Part shown: piece after piece, positions 17,108 through 20,000 of the stretch
How positions within the stretch are numbered: position 1 is the first letter of the stretch
Layout of the letters: every line of letters begins with the position of its first letter
Source of the DNA: an uncultured virus (IMG/VR IMGVR_UViG_3300028844_006632)
Taxonomy: Duplodnaviria; Heunggongvirae; Uroviricota; Caudoviricetes
DNA length: 20,000 nucleotides
IMG/VR virus record: IMGVR_UViG_3300028844_006632
Strand: one strand, 5' to 3'
The notes under the pieces: generated by a model
Seen by the model: only the letters and a program-made list of their open reading frames with translations
Database searches by the model: none
What the model was told of the DNA's origin: nothing
Translations under genes and position numbers: made by a program

Positions 17108-17512
17108 TTACTCTTGTATATTATTTACTGCATTGTAAATTGTTTTATCGGTAGGTAATTCTATATCATCCGTTATTCCATCTAAACTATTATGACAGAA
17201 GTCGCGAATAGTTTTTCCATTTTCAAATGAATCATTTAAAAGTTTTAATACTTTTTCACCAATTCCATCACTTACATTTTTAAAAGAATACGATTGAAGA
17301 TCACGATTGCTTCCATATCCAAATGTTATATTTATTCCACAATCATCAATCACACCTTTGTCGGTGAAATCACATTTGTGTGTTAACTCGTAATCATTAC
17401 TTGATTCTATTTTTTCAAGTTCACTTACAAGAGACTCAATTTTTTCTTCTTGAGATGCAACGATTGCCTTAAGAGTTGTTACCTCCTCTATTAAATTTTC
17501 TTCTGTTGACAT
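17108..17512 (-). CDS. Hypothetical protein (134 aa) with N-terminal coiled-coil
   Basis: TAATG coupling to the upstream gene; heptad-like N-terminus. Confidence 0.75.
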   Translation of the reverse strand: MSTEENLIEEVTTLKAIVASQEEKIESLVSELEKIESSNDYELTHKCDFTDKGVIDDCGINITFGYGSNRDLQSYSFKNVSDGIGEKVLKLLNDSFENGKTIRDFCHNSLDGITDDIELPTDKTIYNAVNNIQE

Positions 17513-17952
17513 TATCTAGTTCTTCTAACTGAAGATTGTCTTGGTGGTAGTTGAGTTCCCACAGGTAAATCTATATATTCAAGATTTCCTATAAAATCAT
17601 GTATGTTTACATCAGGATTATTTTCAATTCCGTTGTCATCTAGAAACTTTTTTACCATTTCTTTTGGAAGTCGAACAACTTCTCCATTGAAATAACATTG
17701 ATATGGAACACGACCATCTATATCAAGTGGAGGTGGAACTTCAACGATTTGCAATCCAGGTGCCATTATTCTGTCAACAAATGGATTGGGTTCTTCTACT
17801 CTAGTGACCGCAGTTGCAACAGGTGGAATGTCAACAGATTTTTTTCCAGCACTTGGTACATTAATTGCAAAATTTTGGGAAAGGTTAGTAATTACCATTC
17901 CAATTATAATTCCACAAATCATAGATATTGTTACACTTCTCATATTTCTCAT
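17512..17952 (-). CDS. Hypothetical exported or membrane-anchored protein (146 aa)
   Basis: Basic N-terminus then hydrophobic VTISMICGIIIGMVIT; Pro-rich remainder. Confidence 0.75.
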   Translation of the reverse strand: MRNMRSVTISMICGIIIGMVITNLSQNFAINVPSAGKKSVDIPPVATAVTRVEEPNPFVDRIMAPGLQIVEVPPPLDIDGRVPYQCYFNGEVVRLPKEMVKKFLDDNGIENNPDVNIHDFIGNLEYIDLPVGTQLPPRQSSVRRTR

Positions 17953-17988
17953 TTTTTTATTGGTTTCCGATTTAAGGTTATGTATATG

Positions 17989-18016
17989 ATAGTATAGATA
18001 AATTATAAAAAGTCAA
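17989..18016 (-). promoter_or_regulatory. Putative sigma70-type promoter
   Basis: TTGACT (18016-18011), 16-nt spacer, TACTAT (17994-17989), upstream of ATG 17952. Confidence 0.5.
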
Positions 18017-18192
18017 TCTTTTTTATTTGAAATTTTATCGTTTATGAATATCAACATAATCACGGACATCATCAAGTGTGTAGAATTTACAATTTGATCT
18101 TCTTTCAATGCAAATGCCAAATAAAGGTTTAGTGCAAATAATAAAAGTAAAAAGTAAATTTCTGTTTTTTTTAAAATTTCTAAAATTTTCAT
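18013..18192 (-). CDS. Small two-helix membrane protein (59 aa), not in ORF track
   Basis: ATGA overlap with the upstream stop; MKILEILKKTEIYFLLLLFALNLYLAFALKEDQIVNSTHLMMSVIMLIFINDKISNKKD. Confidence 0.65.
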   Translation of the reverse strand: MKILEILKKTEIYFLLLLFALNLYLAFALKEDQIVNSTHLMMSVIMLIFINDKISNKKD

Positions 18193-18434
18193 TCTTTTTC
18201 TATTAATTTTTCTAATTCTGTAATTGATTCTTTTACTTTGCGAATAGTGTCATTGTTATAGTCAATCGTTTCGGGTATATCATTACCAGACAATGCCATC
18301 GGGTCCTGTTCGTATAACCTATCCTTCGCAATGACTATTAAGTTTTTTATCGCAGTTTTTCGTTGATTGCTAAGATTTTTTTCTCCGAAAAAAGAATACC
18401 TAAAATCGTTTTTTATTTGTTTCCACAGATTCAT
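18189..18434 (-). CDS. Hypothetical protein (81 aa)
   Basis: ATG ORF downstream of a near-consensus promoter. Confidence 0.7.
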   Translation of the reverse strand: MNLWKQIKNDFRYSFFGEKNLSNQRKTAIKNLIVIAKDRLYEQDPMALSGNDIPETIDYNNDTIRKVKESITELEKLIEKE

Positions 18435-18455
18435 TGTAACTTATTATTTTATTTC

Positions 18456-18484
18456 AATATAACAACTAAGTTACAAAAAGTCAA
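18456..18484 (-). promoter_or_regulatory. Putative sigma70-type promoter with extended -10
   Basis: TTGACT (18484-18479), 17-nt spacer ending in TGT, TATATT (18461-18456). Confidence 0.65.
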
Positions 18485-18491
18485 ATAGTTT

Positions 18492-19835
18492 TTATATAAA
18501 ACCAACTACTCTCAATCTTTGTAATTTAATATCAACTTTCTGAGAGCATGAAAATTTAAAATATAAATGCCCCTCGTTTGAGACAGGAACAAATATTTGA
18601 CCAATGTGAGTTTTCAGACCATTGCTTTTTGCATCTCCACGAACCGGTCCAAATAATACTTTAGGAGCATTTATTTTTGAATCGGATGATGAAGTAAATT
18701 CAAGTTTCCATGCAGATTTACCTATATCGTCTTCTACACAATATTCTAATAAAAGTGACGATGCACCTTTCCATAAAGATTTTTTTGAATGTTTACTTAC
18801 AATCCATTTTCCATTTAATGTCATGTTTCCATCAATTTTTACGGAAGTCAAATTGACAGATTGTTCACTTAAAAAATTAATAGAAGGAAATGTTGGTCTT
18901 GATAATGTTTTTATTACATCTGCGGTACTTGCAGGATCACCTTTCTGACCTTTTTCTCCGTCAAGTCCACGTGGTCCAAATTTTCCTGCATCTCCTTTTA
19001 GTCCAACTGATCCAGTGTCACCTTTGTTTCCTTTCAAACCCATTACACCAGTTGAACCTTTTTCTCCGTCTTTTCCAGGTTCACCTTGCTTTCCACGATG
19101 GCCATATGCTCCCATTTGTCCTTTAGAACCAGTTAAACCACGTGGGCCACGAGAACCTTTCTCTCCACGATATCCAGAACTTCCTTTAGGACCAGCAGGG
19201 CCCGTATTTCCTTTTTGACCTCTAAATCCTTGGTGTCCAGATACACCTTGATCACCTTTTTGACCTTTTTCTCCGTTTGCTCCTTGGATACCTTGAGGTC
19301 CTCTTTTGCCATCACGACCGGAATGACCTACAGTTCCCTCCGATCCAGTTAATCCTCGTTCTCCCTTTTCACCTTGTTTTCCGGTATCACCTTTTGTTCC
19401 CGGTGCTCCTTGAAAACCCATAACTCCCTGAATTCCTTTTTCACCGGGTTTTCCACGATAACCACGCACTCCTTTTTCACCTCTATCACCTTTTTCACCT
19501 GTATGACCTCTAGGTCCCTCGTTTCCAAATCCACCACTTGCACCGGGTTCTCCTTTATTTCCAGGAGTACCTGTGAAACCACGGGCACCCATTAGTCCAG
19601 ATGCTCCTTTTTCACCTTTATCACCTCGTTTTCCTTTTTGTCCAGCAACTGGAGGTGGTGGATCTAGATAATCTCTAATTTTCTTTAAAGTGACTTTATA
19701 CGGAATTCCGTCTTTTGCTTCGTTTCCATTTTCATCTTGGGTGATTGATTTATCCACCAAGATAAATTCATCGGCATCATCTAACGATGACAATGATACA
19801 GGTAACGAAGAAATATCTGATGAATTTATAGACAT
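18492..19835 (-). CDS. Collagen-like protein (probable virion fibre), 447 aa
   Basis: 79 uninterrupted Gly-X-Y triplets (aa 65-301, nt about 18933-19643) between a 64-aa N-domain and a beta-rich C-domain ending LRVVGFI. Confidence 0.9.
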   Translation of the reverse strand: MSINSSDISSLPVSLSSLDDADEFILVDKSITQDENGNEAKDGIPYKVTLKKIRDYLDPPPPVAGQKGKRGDKGEKGASGLMGARGFTGTPGNKGEPGASGGFGNEGPRGHTGEKGDRGEKGVRGYRGKPGEKGIQGVMGFQGAPGTKGDTGKQGEKGERGLTGSEGTVGHSGRDGKRGPQGIQGANGEKGQKGDQGVSGHQGFRGQKGNTGPAGPKGSSGYRGEKGSRGPRGLTGSKGQMGAYGHRGKQGEPGKDGEKGSTGVMGLKGNKGDTGSVGLKGDAGKFGPRGLDGEKGQKGDPASTADVIKTLSRPTFPSINFLSEQSVNLTSVKIDGNMTLNGKWIVSKHSKKSLWKGASSLLLEYCVEDDIGKSAWKLEFTSSSDSKINAPKVLFGPVRGDAKSNGLKTHIGQIFVPVSNEGHLYFKFSCSQKVDIKLQRLRVVGFI

Positions 19836-19839
19836 TTGA

Positions 19840-20000
19840 TTATTTCATCAATTTAAAAACAATATCAACCATCTTGGGAAGAGGTTGCTTTATCATTTTT
19901 TCTTTGTTTCCATCGGACAATGCATCGTATACCTTGGTAATTGCACTTGCTGAAAACATATCAAGTGCCATGCGTTTACCACTGACAGGATCTTTTACTT
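19840..20000 (-). CDS. C-terminal fragment of a hypothetical protein (5' end outside window)
   Basis: Open frame VKDPVSGKRMALDMFSASAITKVYDALSDGNKEKMIKQPLPKMVDIVFKLMK*, stop 4 nt before the collagen-like ATG. Confidence 0.7.
   Translation of the reverse strand, partial: VKDPVSGKRMALDMFSASAITKVYDALSDGNKEKMIKQPLPKMVDIVFKLMK

Noticed and set aside
18013..18192. Holin call for the 59-aa membrane protein
   Set aside because: No adjacent endolysin or spanin; topology alone is insufficient.
18622..19595. Alternative-frame and antisense ORFs over the collagen gene
   Set aside because: By-products of the stop-poor Gly-X-Y codon periodicity.
1..20000. Stop-codon recoding (alternative genetic code) as seen in some large phages
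   Set aside because: Genes tile densely in the standard code, and TAA, TGA (e.g. 9668, 16082) and TAG (8167) all end genes at sensible boundaries.
1..20000. Eukaryotic giant virus (NCLDV) origin suggested by GT15, collagen and the helicase type
   Set aside because: Consensus sigma70 promoters, GTG/TTG starts and ATGA/GTGA coupling indicate prokaryotic expression; no NCLDV core gene was seen. Not formally excluded without marker genes.

Overview
AT-rich, gene-dense window that looks like part of a large dsDNA bacteriophage genome. This is inferred from consensus sigma70-type promoters, ATGA/GTGA-coupled genes and an absence of cellular housekeeping genes; the host is not identifiable. Nearly all genes are on the minus strand. 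From left to right: (1) a >1176-aa ORF missed by the ORF track, with Pro/Thr linkers and Trp-rich repeat modules; (2) a lone plus-strand SF2 helicase; (3) an eight-gene glycan synthesis/decoration cluster with three putative paralogs of an uncharacterised GT-like family, two sulfotransferase-like proteins, an FkbM methyltransferase, a Kre2/GT15-like mannosyltransferase and a tandem two-domain GT11-like protein; (4) small hypothetical genes around a compact C5-cytosine DNA methyltransferase and an amino-methyltransferase-like protein with altered motifs; (5) a collagen-like protein with 79 uninterrupted Gly-X-Y triplets. The two most notable signals are the putative phage-encoded glycosylation system with candidate substrates nearby, and a strong window-wide avoidance of GC dinucleotides outside TGC/GCA contexts. 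All calls come from manual motif reading; no searches were run.
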